A DNA stretch of 64,000 bases from Hemiscyllium ocellatum (lineage: Eukaryota). The DNA lies in assembly GCF_020745735.1 (NCBI RefSeq), contig NC_083404.1, positions 94,797,731-94,861,730 on the forward strand, given 5' to 3'. Under the pieces are notes generated by a model. It saw nothing but the letters and a program-made list of their open reading frames with translations. It ran no database searches and was not told the DNA's origin. Position numbers and translations under genes: made by a program. Shown in pieces: positions 50,921-63,113 of the stretch (positions are counted from its first letter, which is position 1; each line of letters starts with the position of its first letter).

Positions 50921-52812
50921 TGATGTTGAGGTGCTGGTATTAGACTGGGGTGGACAAAGTCAGAAGTCACACAACACCAGCTGAGTTTAGCCTGGGAAGT
51001 GTTGCCCCTTTGATACCCCATTTACGTCAATTTAGTAGTCACTCGTGATCAAAATGCTTAATGCTTAGGCAGCTATTCTCACCTTTCCTCAGAATCTCAG
51101 CTCGTCTGCCTATATCTGGATCTAGACTGTAATGGAGGTTGTTTTTGGCAAGTTTGTGCAACCAACTCTATTAATTATTCTTTCCATCTTTTGAATGATT
51201 GGAGTGTGCGAGAGATTTGATTGTGTTCTGGGCAAGGCATACCTGGGCAATTTTGCATTAAATTCTACAATGTAGCCAATGTAGTGGAGCATCTGAATAC
51301 AGCTTCAGCTGTACGTAGTTGCTATATTTGTTGGGCCTTTGCTGATCATTTCCTTCCAGTTGTTGAAGGTTGATATTCGGGAGGCTGTTTCTTTCTGGTA
51401 GATGCCTAATTGTCTGCTTGAATTCATGAATTGATGTGGCAGGACTTCTGAGCCATAAACTGATCATTGGTTGTGACATCACTTAGATGTGTTTACATTA
51501 TGTTGCTTCTGCTGTGTAGCTTCTGCACTGCAGCTTTCTGCATTTAATTTTCAAGTACGCTTGATGCTATTCCACACATGGTGCTTTACCACACATGGTG
51601 CTTTACCTTCCTCAGTGAACTGCTCTTGTAGTCTTGTTTAATGTTGGTTGAGGAAAATGCAGTGTACCAAACCATGAATTACAGATTGTAGTGGTGGTAA
51701 ATTCAGTTGCTGCTAATGTCTAATGTCTTTTGAATAGCTGCTTTTTATGCTGGAATGTTTATCGTAATTTATGAGTTCACACTGTGGAGTATGAAAAATG
51801 ACATCAGCCATGATTTATGGTTTTAAACGAGGCAATATTTACATTACCAAACTCTTATGGAAATAATTAGATTTCAAATGTTATTGAGCTTTGTCCATGT
51901 GTTTGTGTTATAATTTTAAATGTTGGAAGTACAACAAACGTTGTTCTAACTGGTACTCTCAATTATCTGACAAAAGTTATATGCCTGGTATACCTGAAGT
52001 AAGTTTACTATATTATTGCAATCTCTGAATAGTCAATTGAAGGTGCAAGTGAGAAGGCACTCTGTTTTATTTAGTGATTTATGCTATCAATAAAGTATAA
52101 CAGTGATGTCTACACCGCCTGCATTATGTTTCTGTTATTTAATGAGCACCTCTTGATCAAGCAGTACAGTCCTGGTCCCATAGGTTCCCAATTAACAAAA
52201 AGTTTGCTATTTAATCTTACTGTATATTATCTATTTCACACTAAGTCTAACAAAGTCATACTGTTATGGTGCTCTAGGCTAATTTTGATTCCTAACTACA
52301 TGTAACTTTGCCAGTTTACCATTCTCCTCCTCAATATCTTAAGATTCTTGTAAATTTCTTTGCACAAGGACTGCTGCAGATCAAGAAGGCATCTTGCCGC
52401 CTAGCTTCTCAGACAACTTGGAATGGGCAGTAAATGCTGGCCAGCTAGTGACATCCATGTCCAATGAGTAAATTTAAAAAATGATCCTGTTGGATGGTGG
52501 ATATGAAGAGGAAGGATAACTTTTGAGCTTCATTTTGTTGCAATCACAACTGATTACTGAAAGAACAGTAGTGGATTGTTACACGAGCTTCCTGTGAGCT
52601 GGACATGTAGAGATTTGTTTTGGAGGATTTAAAGAGCCAAAGACTAACAATGTTACTGGATACTTGACCTAAATTCTGGAGTCCAGAGAGAATGTTCATA
52701 GTATCCTATTGTTACAAGGGCTTCTCAAAAAGAGCAAACAAGTTTAAAGCAAAAGCACAATTTATGAATTTGTTTTATAGCTGAATCTAAGTATTCTAAT
52801 TTAGAGATAGTA

Positions 52813-53128
52813 ATGAGTTTTGAGAAGATTTGTAGCTCAGGTTGAGGTTCTGGATATAGGTTTGTGCGCTGAGCTGGAAGGTTCGTTTCCAGACGTTTTG
52901 TCATCCTACTAGGTAACATCTTCAGTGGGCCTCCAGGTGAAGCGTTGCTGATAATTCCTGTTTTCTATTTATATGTTTATATATGACATTACCAACCCAA
53001 AGAAACCTAAGCATATAAATAGAAAACCAGAATCATCAGTAGTGTTTCGCCTGGAGGCCCACTGAAGATGTTACCCAGTAGGGTGACGAAACGTCTGGAA
53101 ATGAACCTTTCAGCTCAGCGAGCAAATT
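52813..53128. mobile_element. Fold-back PLE family B mini-element
   Basis: Arms ~52859-52978 and 53008-53128, with an imperfect flanking repeat AATTTAGA(G/A)ATA at 52798 and 53125. Confidence 0.85.
53059..53098 (+). ncRNA. Minimal type I hammerhead ribozyme motif (intact core; predicted cleavage after C53095)
   Basis: CCA-CTGAAGA-T-GTTACCC AGTA GGGTGAC-GAAACGTC^TGG: 7-bp stem II with one G-U pair and a 3-bp stem I. Confidence 0.75.
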
Positions 53129-53267
53129 TAGAAATACTGTGGCAAATTTGCTATTTCTTAAAATAATTGAGAGTAACACAAATATTTTACCTTTATTGTT
53201 TAAAAAAAATTCATCTTTTTAACAAGGAATAAATATGTAAATATTTATCAGCTGCACGGATTTCAAA

Positions 53268-54355
53268 GAGGTCAGTTGGTTGGTCAGCTGGTTTGTGATG
53301 CAGAGTGATGCCAACAGTGCAGATTCAATTCCTGCACCAGAGGGGTCACCATTAAGGTCTTGTCTTCTCAATCATGTATCACACCTGAATCATGGTATCC
53401 CTAAAATTAAACCAATGCTAGTTGTCTCTGTCTAGGAGATGGAAGTAGAGGTCAGGAAAGAAGAGGGAGGTGACTAAGATAGACCAAGTGAACTCAAGGG
53501 CAGGATGGAAGTTTTGGGGACACCACCAACCATCCGGTGCTCCTGATGTGGTCTTCTCTATATTGGTGAGACTAAACGGTAACAAAGGGAGTGTTTCGCT
53601 AAGCATTTCAGCCAGGCCTGGAGGGACCAGCATGACAACCCCCCAGTCCATTTCAGTTCTCCTTCCCTCTTCCTCTCTGACATGTCCATCCTTGGCCCCA
53701 TCCATTGCCACAGCCAATCAGATTGCAAATTAGAGGAACAACACCTTAACTTCCGCTAGGGCAGCCTACAGCCTGGAGGACTCAACATTGAGTTTTTTCC
53801 AATTTCAAATAATCTTCCCACTATCCCCCAACTCCCATTCTAGCCCTGCCTCCTCCTGACTCTTGCTTTCAGCTACCAACCAGTTCGTACCCACCATCTG
53901 TATTCACGTATCACTATCACACCATTCCACCTGTCTTCGCACCCATAAACCTTCTCCTGCTGCTTTTATCTGTAGTCTCCCCCACCCCACCTCCATTCCT
54001 GAAGAAGGATTATTCCCAAAACGTTGACTTTTCCACCTACTGATTTGCCTGACTTGCTGTGTTCTTCCAGCCTCCTGCTAGTCTACTTTGGATTCCAGCA
54101 TCTGCAGTTTTGTTTTTGGCTGTACATTGCGGGAGCAGCCCTATGGTCCTCTGGGACTGAGAACTTTACTTTGGAGGCTCAGTTAGCTTTAGTTGAATGG
54201 ATAGCTAGTTTGTAATGCAGAATGATACCATTAGCATAGGTTCACTTCCTGAGGTTATCATGAAGGACTCGATGTGGTGACCATCAGGTTAAACCACCTG
54301 CAGTTATCTCTCACCAATAAAGATCAGACCAACGATTTGTATCTTTACCTTTTAC
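53268..54355 (+). mobile_element. Two family C tRNA-SINE copies, the first split by a PLE fragment (53436-54125)
   Basis: SINE head 53268-53435, tail resuming at 54131 and a second copy at 54175-54355. The PLE encodes CGLLYIGETKR and LEEQHL.FR.GSLQPGGLNIEF and has a short inverted RT piece at its 5' side. Confidence 0.75.
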
Positions 54356-55138
54356 ATAGGCCATAAATCTCCATTAAGTGTGTGAAGATTCCTTCAATGA
54401 TGGTTTATCAGTCTGGATTGTTAGTTACCAATCTAATTAATAATAAATATAGTGCTACTGTTTTGGAGCCCCATGCTGTTGCCAATGTCTGTGGTACAGG
54501 AAAGTTTGAAATGCTTTGAATATAAATTCTATTATCCATTGAGGTTGGAGTTTACAAATTAAGGACTTCTTGCTTAGCCTTCGATAGAAGACAGGTCTGA
54601 AATATCTCACCTCAAAGCTTAACAGGTGTATTCGCAGAGTGTTTTGATTTCTGTACCAGTAGGGCGTGATTCTGGCTAACCTTACCTGGTAACCTCATCT
54701 AGTATTGGTGAATTTGGAAACAGCTGGTGTGACAGCATATGTGGAGAGAAAGGAAAGTTAACATTTCTGCTTTCTTTCCATGGGTAATTCATATCTGCTG
54801 AAGTTTCCCAGCAATTTCTGTTTTTGTTTCTGATTTCCAGCATTCGTAGTTTTTTTTGGTGAATCTGGATGCAGTGTCCGTGCATCTGAGCAGGACAATT
54901 TCTTTTAGTTTGTTAATGCTGCTTGCTGGCAATTGTGTTAGATTATCCGGAGAGTATGAGTGGATTTCAACAATCAAGTTCAAGTCTTGCTAGGTGGAGC
55001 TATCTACACTTGCTGTAGACAATGTATATGGCATTATATGTAGCTTTCCACGTGCATACACCATTGCATAAGAAAATCTAAGTAAATGCATCTAGAATCT
55101 ACGGATTCTAAATGCCATCCTTTAGAGCTTTATGAAAG

Positions 55139-55240
55139 ATTGGTAGTATCCCTACTTCTGAACTAGGAGGCCCGAGTTCAAGTCCCACTTGCTCCAGCGG
55201 TGCGTCATGACATCTCTGAACTGGTTAATTAGAAAATTCA
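55139..55240 (+). mobile_element. Solitary copy of the short tRNA-derived unit seen in the 10.5-11.2 kb array
   Basis: TGGTAGTATCCCTACTTCTGAACTAGGAGGCCCGAGTTCAAGTCCCACTTGCTCCAG...TCTCTGAACTGGTTAATTAGAAAAT. Confidence 0.75.
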
Positions 55241-56024
55241 TCAACGTAATGAAACTAAAGTTTTGGAAGCTGTCTGTACAACTACATGAAGACTGAAATA
55301 GTCAGAGAATTTTTGCAGCTCCATGTTACTGTGAAGTGTCCTGTTCTGCAGTGCGAGGCTGGTAGTTCCAGTATCACTCCAAGAAGGTTTCTTAGAAAAA
55401 TTGCATCTGACCAAATGGGCATAACAAAATGTAGATCAGTCATCAGTCTGATGACCAGGAATTTTGAAGACATACAAGAAATGATTTCAAATTGAGGTGC
55501 TTATAATGCATCAATAGAACAATGAACCACCAATGATTTCCAAATTTTACTCCAACCTTGGAGTGGATTTATTGTTTGCTGGCAAATCTTTCTTGATTGT
55601 CATTATTTACTTTTTTGTAAGGGTCACAGTTAAACAATTATGTACAATGACCACTGACTCAGTCATTTGAACTTTAAAAGAATTGGGAATACATGCTTAT
55701 GTTTCAGGACTATGTGGAAAATTTATAAGATATAGAATAGTTTGGATCTTTTCTGGATTAAACCGAATTTTATTAAGAAGTGATGTTAACAGTTTTTTGC
55801 CTGCTGTTTTCAATAAAAAGAAACTTCAAAGAAAATAGAAAAATAAAGCTGTCAAAGGGATAATAAATGGGATTTATTACCTTGATTACTGGAAAATCTT
55901 GCCTAGAAATCCTTTCTGAACTTAAAATTCTGTTGGTTAGTAAAGAAGAAACCTAGAAGCTGCAAGTCTCAGTAGAAGTTCCTGAAAACCTGAGAGTTTC
56001 CAAGGAACAAGGAAACATTACTGT

Positions 56025-56575
56025 ACAGCTCATGGTGAAACCAAACCTGGAGTTTTGTGTGCAGTTTTGGTCTCCAAACTAAGAAAGACTCGCTCCAACA
56101 GAAGAGAAGCAACAGAGACTCCCCAAACAGATTTTCTGGAGTGACAAGTTTGTATGAGGAGAGATTGGGTTGACTAGGTTTGTATTCACTAGAGTTAAAA
56201 CAATGAGAGAGGACCTCATTGAAAGATATAAACTTCTAAAAGGGCTTGACAGACTGGCTGGTTGCAGGGATGCTATTTCCTTTGGTGAGGGGGTCCCGAA
56301 AAAGAGTTGTCTCATAATAGGCGGTCGGCCATTTCAAACTGTTTGTTTTAAGGGCGGTGAACTTATGGAATTCTCCATTGTCTCTACAGATGTTGACAAT
56401 GTTACTAAATATATTTAAGTAAGAAATATATTTAGTTTGTAGAAATATATCTGTCAAAGGGAGAGGATAGAGAATAGGAGTATGGTGTTAAGGTAAAAGA
56501 TCAGCTGTGATCATGTTAAACGATAGTGGGCTTGATGGGCTGAATGACCTACTCCTGCATTTGTTTTCTATGATA
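56025..56575 (+). mobile_element. CR1 3' fragment
   Basis: REDLIERYKLLKGLDRL and tail GATGGGCTGAATGACCTACTCCTGC. Confidence 0.8.
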
Positions 56576-58090
56576 CCGTCTGGGGCAACTGCCTGCTTGA
56601 TTGGCACTTCCTCCACCACATGGTGTAATTCAAATATATGGTCTTGTGTTTCTTGATCCTTTTTCCACTGGAAACAGTTCCTTTGGTAGTACATTACAAA
56701 TCTGAAGTCTATGATATCTAGAAGTACAAAACAAGAAAAGCAAGAGAACGTCAGAGCATTCTTTAAGTTTGCCTCCAAGTTGCTCAACATCCTGATAGGA
56801 AATATATTTCCATTCCTTCATTTGCTGAGTTAAAATTCTGGAAAGGCCTCCCTGATAACTGAGTTTACCAATTGTATGTGGACTGCAGTGGTTCAAAAGG
56901 TAGCTCGTCACCACTTTCTTGTGGGCAATTAAGGATTGGCAATCTTTACTTGCCTTGGCAAATGATCACATCTCATGAACAAATAAAACAATAAATTAGC
57001 TCTTTCAATTCCCTACAAGTGTTTTGCTCCATTTGCTTCTGAAAACCACAAGTGAATCTGTCTTTATCACCTTTCAGGCTATGCTTCCACACAAGCACTC
57101 AGTATATTTTAAAAAAATGTTATGCCTTGTGTTGCTTCACAATTTTTTTTTATCAGTTACTTTAATTTTGTGTCTGTCATGATCTCATTAAATGGTAGAA
57201 TAAACTTTATGGGCTGAATGGCTTACACTTGGTTCTATACTTTATGGTCTTGTGTTTCTTGATCTTTCCACTGGAACCAGTTTCTATCTAGTCTGGAGTC
57301 CTCACGATTCTGAACGTGTTGAGTAAATCTCTGTTCAACCTCCCTTTTTTTTTCGAGCTCAGCAATCCCAGTCTGTCCACTCTAAGTACTAATATGTATT
57401 TAATAATTCTCTAAATATTGAATGATAATTACTGCTGAGTAACGACTGCCCTGAAAGTTTAGTTTAATGCTTGTAGAATGCTAAATTTCTCTAGATCATT
57501 CCATCAATTATTGTTTTTGATAATGACATTTCAATTTCTACCTTAATTACATTAATTATCTTCATGTTCCATATTGATTTAATTTTCATTAATTTTGAAA
57601 CTCATGATTAAGCCTAATTTTGCCTCTTTTGCTGTCACTGAAAGTTTTCTAATGGGATTGTCTTCATAACTTGCCTCATTACCTCACTGTTGGTGGATGT
57701 CAGAAGGTAAGTTTAGATCACAGAACCTGCAGGATATTTGTGGGCAACTTTCCTTGAGGTCAGCAGTCAACACTTTAAGTCTTGTAATTCTAAAGAGAAA
57801 CATCAAGGCCATGGTACGGAACAGTGATTCAGATAAAGCTAAATTAAATTGTCTCTGATTCTGACAATGTGTTTAGTAATGCAACAGGGTATTATTATGA
57901 AGGCTGCATTGGGGTAAATAGTTAAAAGAGAAGATGAAATATCTGAATGCATGAAGCACTTGCAACAAAATCACTGAAATATAATTGACCTGGTAGCTAT
58001 TTCTGAGATATAATTGCAAGCTGACCAAGTTCAGGACCAATGGTCAATGGGCTGAGGAGTGGCAGTTGGAGTTTAATTTGGATAATGTGA

Positions 58091-58292
58091 ACAAAATCAG
58101 AAGTCGCTCAACTCCAGGTTATAGTCCAACAAGTTTATTTGAGATCACCAAAAGTTTGGGGCACTGCTTCTTCGTCAGGTGGAGCAGTGTTCCAAAAGCT
58201 TGTGATTTCAAATAAACCTGTTAGACGACAACCTGGTGTCATGTGACTTCTGATTTTGTCCCTGTAGTCCAACATTGGCATCTCCACATCAA
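58091..58292. mobile_element. Fold-back PLE family C mini-element inside a CR1 fragment
   Basis: Arms ACAAAATCAGAAGTC...GCACTGCT / AGCAGTGT...GACTTCTGATTTTGT, with imperfect flanking repeat GGATAATGTGA / GGTAAATGTGA. Confidence 0.8.
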
Positions 58293-58371
58293 GGGTAAAT
58301 GTGAGATATTGCATTTTGGTAATACAAACAAGGAGAGGAGAATTCATTGTAGGATATTCAGTAGTCATAGT

Positions 58372-59067
58372 TATAGAGTCAGACAGCATGGAAGCAGAAA
58401 CTTCCGGTCCAGCCAGTCCATGGTGAATATTATCCAAACTAAGCTCGTCCCACCTCCCTGCTCCTGGCCTACATCCCTCCAAACCTCTTCTATTCCTATA
58501 TCTATCTCACTGTCTTTCTTTTAAATGTTGTAATTGTACCCGCATCTATCAGTTCCTCTGGAAGTTCATTCCACACGTGAACCAGCCTCTGTGTAAAATA
58601 TTTGCCTCTTATGTCTTTTAAATCTCTCTCCAAATATGTCCCCTAGTCTTGAAATCCACCATCCTAGGGAAAAGACAACTGCCATTAACTCTATTTCTAC
58701 CTCTCATTATTTTATAAACTTCTATCGGATTACAGCTGAACCTCCTACACTCCAGTGAAAAAAAAGTCCCAGCCTTTCTTTATAACTCAAGCCTTCCATA
58801 CCCAACAACATCTTGGTGAATCTCTTATGAATTCCCTCCAGCTTGACAACATCATAACTATAACTGGGCAATCAGAACTGGACTCGGTATTCCAGAAGAG
58901 ACCTCACCAATGTCTTGTACAATCTCAACATGACTTTCCCACTCCTTTACTCAAAGGTCTGAACAATGAAGGGAAGTGTGCCAAATGCCTTTTTAACCAC
59001 TCTGTGACAAACTTCAAAAAATTATGTACCTCCACCCCTAGGTCCCTGTGTTCTACCTCACTACCCA
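58372..59067 (-). mobile_element. CR1 3' end
   Basis: Closely similar to 19665-20400; encodes EHRDLGVEVHNFLKF. Confidence 0.88.
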
Positions 59068-62000
59068 AGGTGAAAGTGAAGACTGCAGATGCTGGAGAGT
59101 CAGAAGTGTGACGTTGGAAAAGCACTGCAGGTCAAGCAGCATCCGAGGAGCAGCAGAGTTGATGTTTTGGGCATGAGTCCTTTGTCAGGAATGTGGAGAG
59201 GGAAGGGGAATGAGCGATAAATAGGGTGGGGCTGGGACTGGAGGGAAGGTAGCTGGGAAGGTGAGGGGTGGTAATAGTGATTGGCTGGTGGGGAGGGTGG
59301 AGTGGAAGGAAGATGGACGGGCAGGATAAACCAAGAGGTGCTAATTGGAAGGGTTGGATCTGGGATGAGGTGGGGGGAGGGGAGATTTGGAAATTGATGA
59401 AGTCAATATTGATGCCATGTGGTTGAAGAGTCCCAAGGCGGAAAATAAGACGTTCTTCCTCCAGTTGTCGAGTAACTTGGATGGCTGGTGGAAGAGGCCC
59501 AGAACTTGTATGTCTTTGCGAGATTGGGAAGGGGAGTTGAAGTGGTTGGATATAGGGTGGTGTGGTTGTTTGGTGCGTGTCCCCCTGAGATATTCCATGA
59601 CATGGTCCCTGATATAGAAGAGACCACATCGAGAGCAACAGATGCAGCAAATGAGGTGGGTAGATGTGCAGGAAAATCTCTGCTAGATATTGTTATGACA
59701 CAGAGGTGAACCCATTAAAAGCTCACCTCACCTCCTAATCTGTCAATGAGTAACAGGAACTCCCAAATTCCACCATTTCAAGAAAATAACATTAATTTAT
59801 TTTGTAACTCAAAAAGTGAGCATTAAAATCCAACTATTCACAACTGTAAGCCTTCTTTCTCTAAACTGCTTACTATCTGCCTTCAACTCTATAAACAATA
59901 TACTGTTCCAATAAGGCACTTATTAAGATTACATCAACCTAACGTCAAAACCATACAGCCAATGTTGTCTTCTGTGTCTGTCTTCTTCCGTCAGAGAATC
60001 TCTCTGGGTCATCGTCTTCCTTTTTACTGGGTGTATGTTTCACATGAAAAGGTACCTTTGAGAGTGTATCCTAAATTCTTGGAGAGCAAGGTGTTAACTT
60101 GCCATGCTTTTCTGTCTGGCAGTTGCTCTTTGACCAATTTTCAAAATGTCTGCATTTTATAGCCTCTTTCATTGTCTCATTTGGTTTGATGTTGGCAGAA
60201 CAATAAATTCAAACTTGATTGGATTTTAGTATCTTGGGATGTAATTTAAACTGATTAAGCTCAAATTGCTGTCAAAACAGCAACCAAAACTCAGGTATCC
60301 ATTTTACAGCCAAATGTTACATTTTTTATTTTCCAGTACATTCTCGGATTGCCATCTAGTCATTTACACAGGTACTTGTAATCTATCAGTTCAGAGCAGC
60401 ATTCACTCTGACTTAAAGGTACAGTACACCCCTTCAACTTCAGAACAATATGAAAAGATCCTTTGGGGCCTTGGATAGAAGTGAGGGTGGACATGTGGGC
60501 ACAGATTTACATCTCCAGCAGCAAGAGAATATGCTGGGTGGAGGGAGGTGCGCGGGGAGGGAGAGGGGTGGCGGCGGCGGGGAGGATGGATCTAATGAGG
60601 GAGTCATGAAGAGAATGGTCCCTGCAGAATGCAGATGGTGTGGAGAGGGAAATATAATTTTGGTGGGGTCTGATTGTAGGTGCGCAAACAAAGGAGGATA
60701 ATGCACTGTATCAGGAGATTAGTAGGGGAAGATGAGGGCCAGGTTGGGGAGTGGGGTGAGGGGTGTTCCATCTTTGTTGCAGTTGGACGGATGTGATTCA
60801 TGGGTGGAGATGCACTGGAGGGCATGGTTAATCATGTGAAGGGGTATTGTAGTCCTTGAAATAGGCGGTTATCTAGAATGTCCGGGAGTGGAATTGCTCC
60901 TCCTGGGAGCATATGAGGTGGAGGAGGAGGATTTGGGAGTAAGTGATTGCATTTTTATTTGGGGGGGGGGGGAAATGGGGGAAGCATGTAGTCAAGGTAG
61001 CTGTGGGCATCAATGGGTTTGAAATAATGACTCTGTTGAGTTGGTTGCTGGAGGAAGAGATTAAGAGGTCCAGGAAAGAGAGGGAGGTGTCAGATATGGT
61101 CGATGTGAACTTTAGGTCAGAGTGGAAGGTATTTGTGAAGTCCACGAATTGTTCAACCTCGTGGGGCCATGACTGGTGCTGATACATTAGTCAGTGTAGT
61201 GGAGGAAAAGATGGTGGATGATACCGGTGTAACTGCGGAAGATGGACACTTCCACATATTCTCTGAAGAAGCAGGCATAACTGGGGCTTACCCTTTTAGT
61301 CTGAAGTAAATGGGAGAATTCGAAGGAGAAGCTGTTGAGGTGAGAACCAGTTCCGCCAATCGAATGAGTGTGTCAGTGGAGGTGTACTGATTGGGTTGGC
61401 GGAGAGGAAGAAAAGGCTAATGGACATGTAAAGGGACTGGATGTCCACCATGAAATTGAGCCTTTGGGAGCTGAGGAAACAAACGTCATGGAGGAGGTGG
61501 AGGGCGTGGATGTTGTCTCAAACGTATGTGGGGAGTTCCTGGACCAAGGTGGACAGGACTGTCAAGATATGAGGAGATAAGTTTTGTGGGGCAGGAGAGG
61601 TGAAGGCAATAGGTCGACCAGGGCAGTCTGGTTTGTGGATTTTGGGTAAGAGAGAGACTGAGGCAATTAGGGGTTGGGTAACTGAGATAGGAGGCTGTGG
61701 ATGCGAGGTCCACTGAGAAGTTGAGGCTGTGAATGGTCTGGGATATGGTGCTGGTAGGTGAGGTTGATGTCGAGGGGACGGTCTGAGGAGGTGTCCACGA
61801 GTTTGTGCCTGGCTTTGGTGATATGGAGGTTGGTGTGCCAAGCTACTACTGCCCCCCCCCCCCCCCAACCCCCCCATCCACATGTTTTAATGGTGAGGTT
61901 GGGATTGGAACAGAGGGAGTGAAGCGTTGCGCTTTGTGAGGGGGTTCCACAGAGCCCATTCCCTCCATGACGACTCTGTTAGGTCCAAGGCCACCACCAA

Positions 62001-62140
62001 CCCACCCTTCACACATGGCACCTTCCCTTGCCACCGCAGGTAGTATAAAACCTACACCCACTCCTCCGCTCTCATCTCCATCCACAGCCCCAAAGGATCT
62101 TTTCACATCTGGCTGAGATTTTCCTGTGTATCCACACACC
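59068..62140 (-). mobile_element. Long Penelope-like element (RT plus GIY-YIG, degraded) with inverted 5' segment (~61900-62140 on +), split by a solo LTR
   Basis: Minus-strand pieces LLPKIHKPDCPGRPI, QELPTYV, FTNTFHSDLKFT...LSFLDLLIS, AITYSQ..L..ICS and LEEERLIFRLGTLQPHGINIDF. Decayed hammerhead at ~59155-59192. Confidence 0.9.
59691..60447 (-). mobile_element. Solo LTR (757 bp) with 4-bp TSD
   Basis: TGTTATGA...TCAGAACA termini; ATAT at 59687-59690 and 60448-60451; minus-strand CCAAT (60218-60222), TATAAAA (60155-60161) and AATAAA (59796-59801). Removing it restores continuous PLE sequence. Confidence 0.85.
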
Positions 62141-62159
62141 TCATTTACTATGTATGTTG

Positions 62160-62350
62160 CTGTCAAAATGATATCACCCACAACATCAAACCGAGACCCA
62201 TCAATAGCAAGCAGGACAAGACAGCAATGCTTCACTGGAGGCTCATTGATGATGTTACCTAACATGATGATGAAACATCTGAGAACAAACCCAACTGCTC
62301 AGCCAGCAAACCGACAACCTAAGCTAGAAATCTTCTCCAAAATCTCAAAC
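62160..62350 (+). mobile_element. PLE family B terminal repeat fragment
   Basis: Matches 13645-13805 and the reverse complement of 12701-12890; decayed hammerhead TTGATGATGTTACC...GAAACATC. Confidence 0.8.
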
Positions 62351-62847
62351 TATATAATCTACTGGTTTAGTCACGTCTGGAATTTGTTGCCTAGTTCAGT
62401 AGAATTGAAGAATAGCATTTTGAGAAGTATTTGTTGTGACGCAAAATGCTTTTGCTATATTCAGAAATCAGAATTTCTGATTAGCGGAGGCATCTCAGCC
62501 ATTTTTGATAATTAGATACCTACAACAGTATTTGCATAGCTTTTAGTGAAGTCTTTAGTTTTTTTTTGCTTCATCTCCTTCTCAGTTCGAGACTGCGACT
62601 GAGGTCAAATTTGTATCAATGACTGGAGTGTGATAAGTTAACTGCATGACAAATTCAACAAAACCTGTCATTGATATAATGACTAATATCTCCAGACACT
62701 TCAGAGGTATAGTGAGACAAAATTGAATGTGTCCTGTGACTGTATTGTAACCCAGTGGATTTAAAAACTCTGCCATGGAAAAACCAAACTACAATTTATT
62801 TTCATGATGTAATTTCAAATGATTGATTCTAATTGCATTTTTTTTTA

Positions 62848-63113
62848 AGATTAGATTCCCTACAGTATGGAAACGGACCCTTCGGCCCAACCAGTCCACA
62901 CTGACCCTCTGAAAAGTAACCCATCCAGACCCATTTCCCTCTGACTGATGTACCTAACACTATGGGCAATTTAACATTGCCAATTCACCTGACCTGCACA
63001 TCTTTGTTCAATTTCAGTCTTGGACGATTGTCTGTCTGTGGAGATTGCACATTCTCCTAGTGTCTGCATGGGTTTCCTCCAGGTGCTCTGGTTTCCTCTC
63101 ACAGTCCAAAGAT
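62848..63113. mobile_element. HE1 SINE with inverted 5' half
   Basis: 62848-63006 is the 3' half on the minus strand, and 63006-63113 is the adjacent 5' part on the plus strand. Confidence 0.85.

Noticed and set aside
51572-51608. 17-bp tandem duplication, and C/G homopolymers at ~21303 and ~61852
   Set aside because: Ordinary slippage-type features within TE remnants.
53996-54030. Further hammerhead-like motifs (also ~13725, 34931, 48750, 49925, 59155, 62245)
   Set aside because: Conserved core nucleotides are mutated (e.g. GAAA to AAAA, CTGATGA to CTAATGA), so they are not called as ribozymes.
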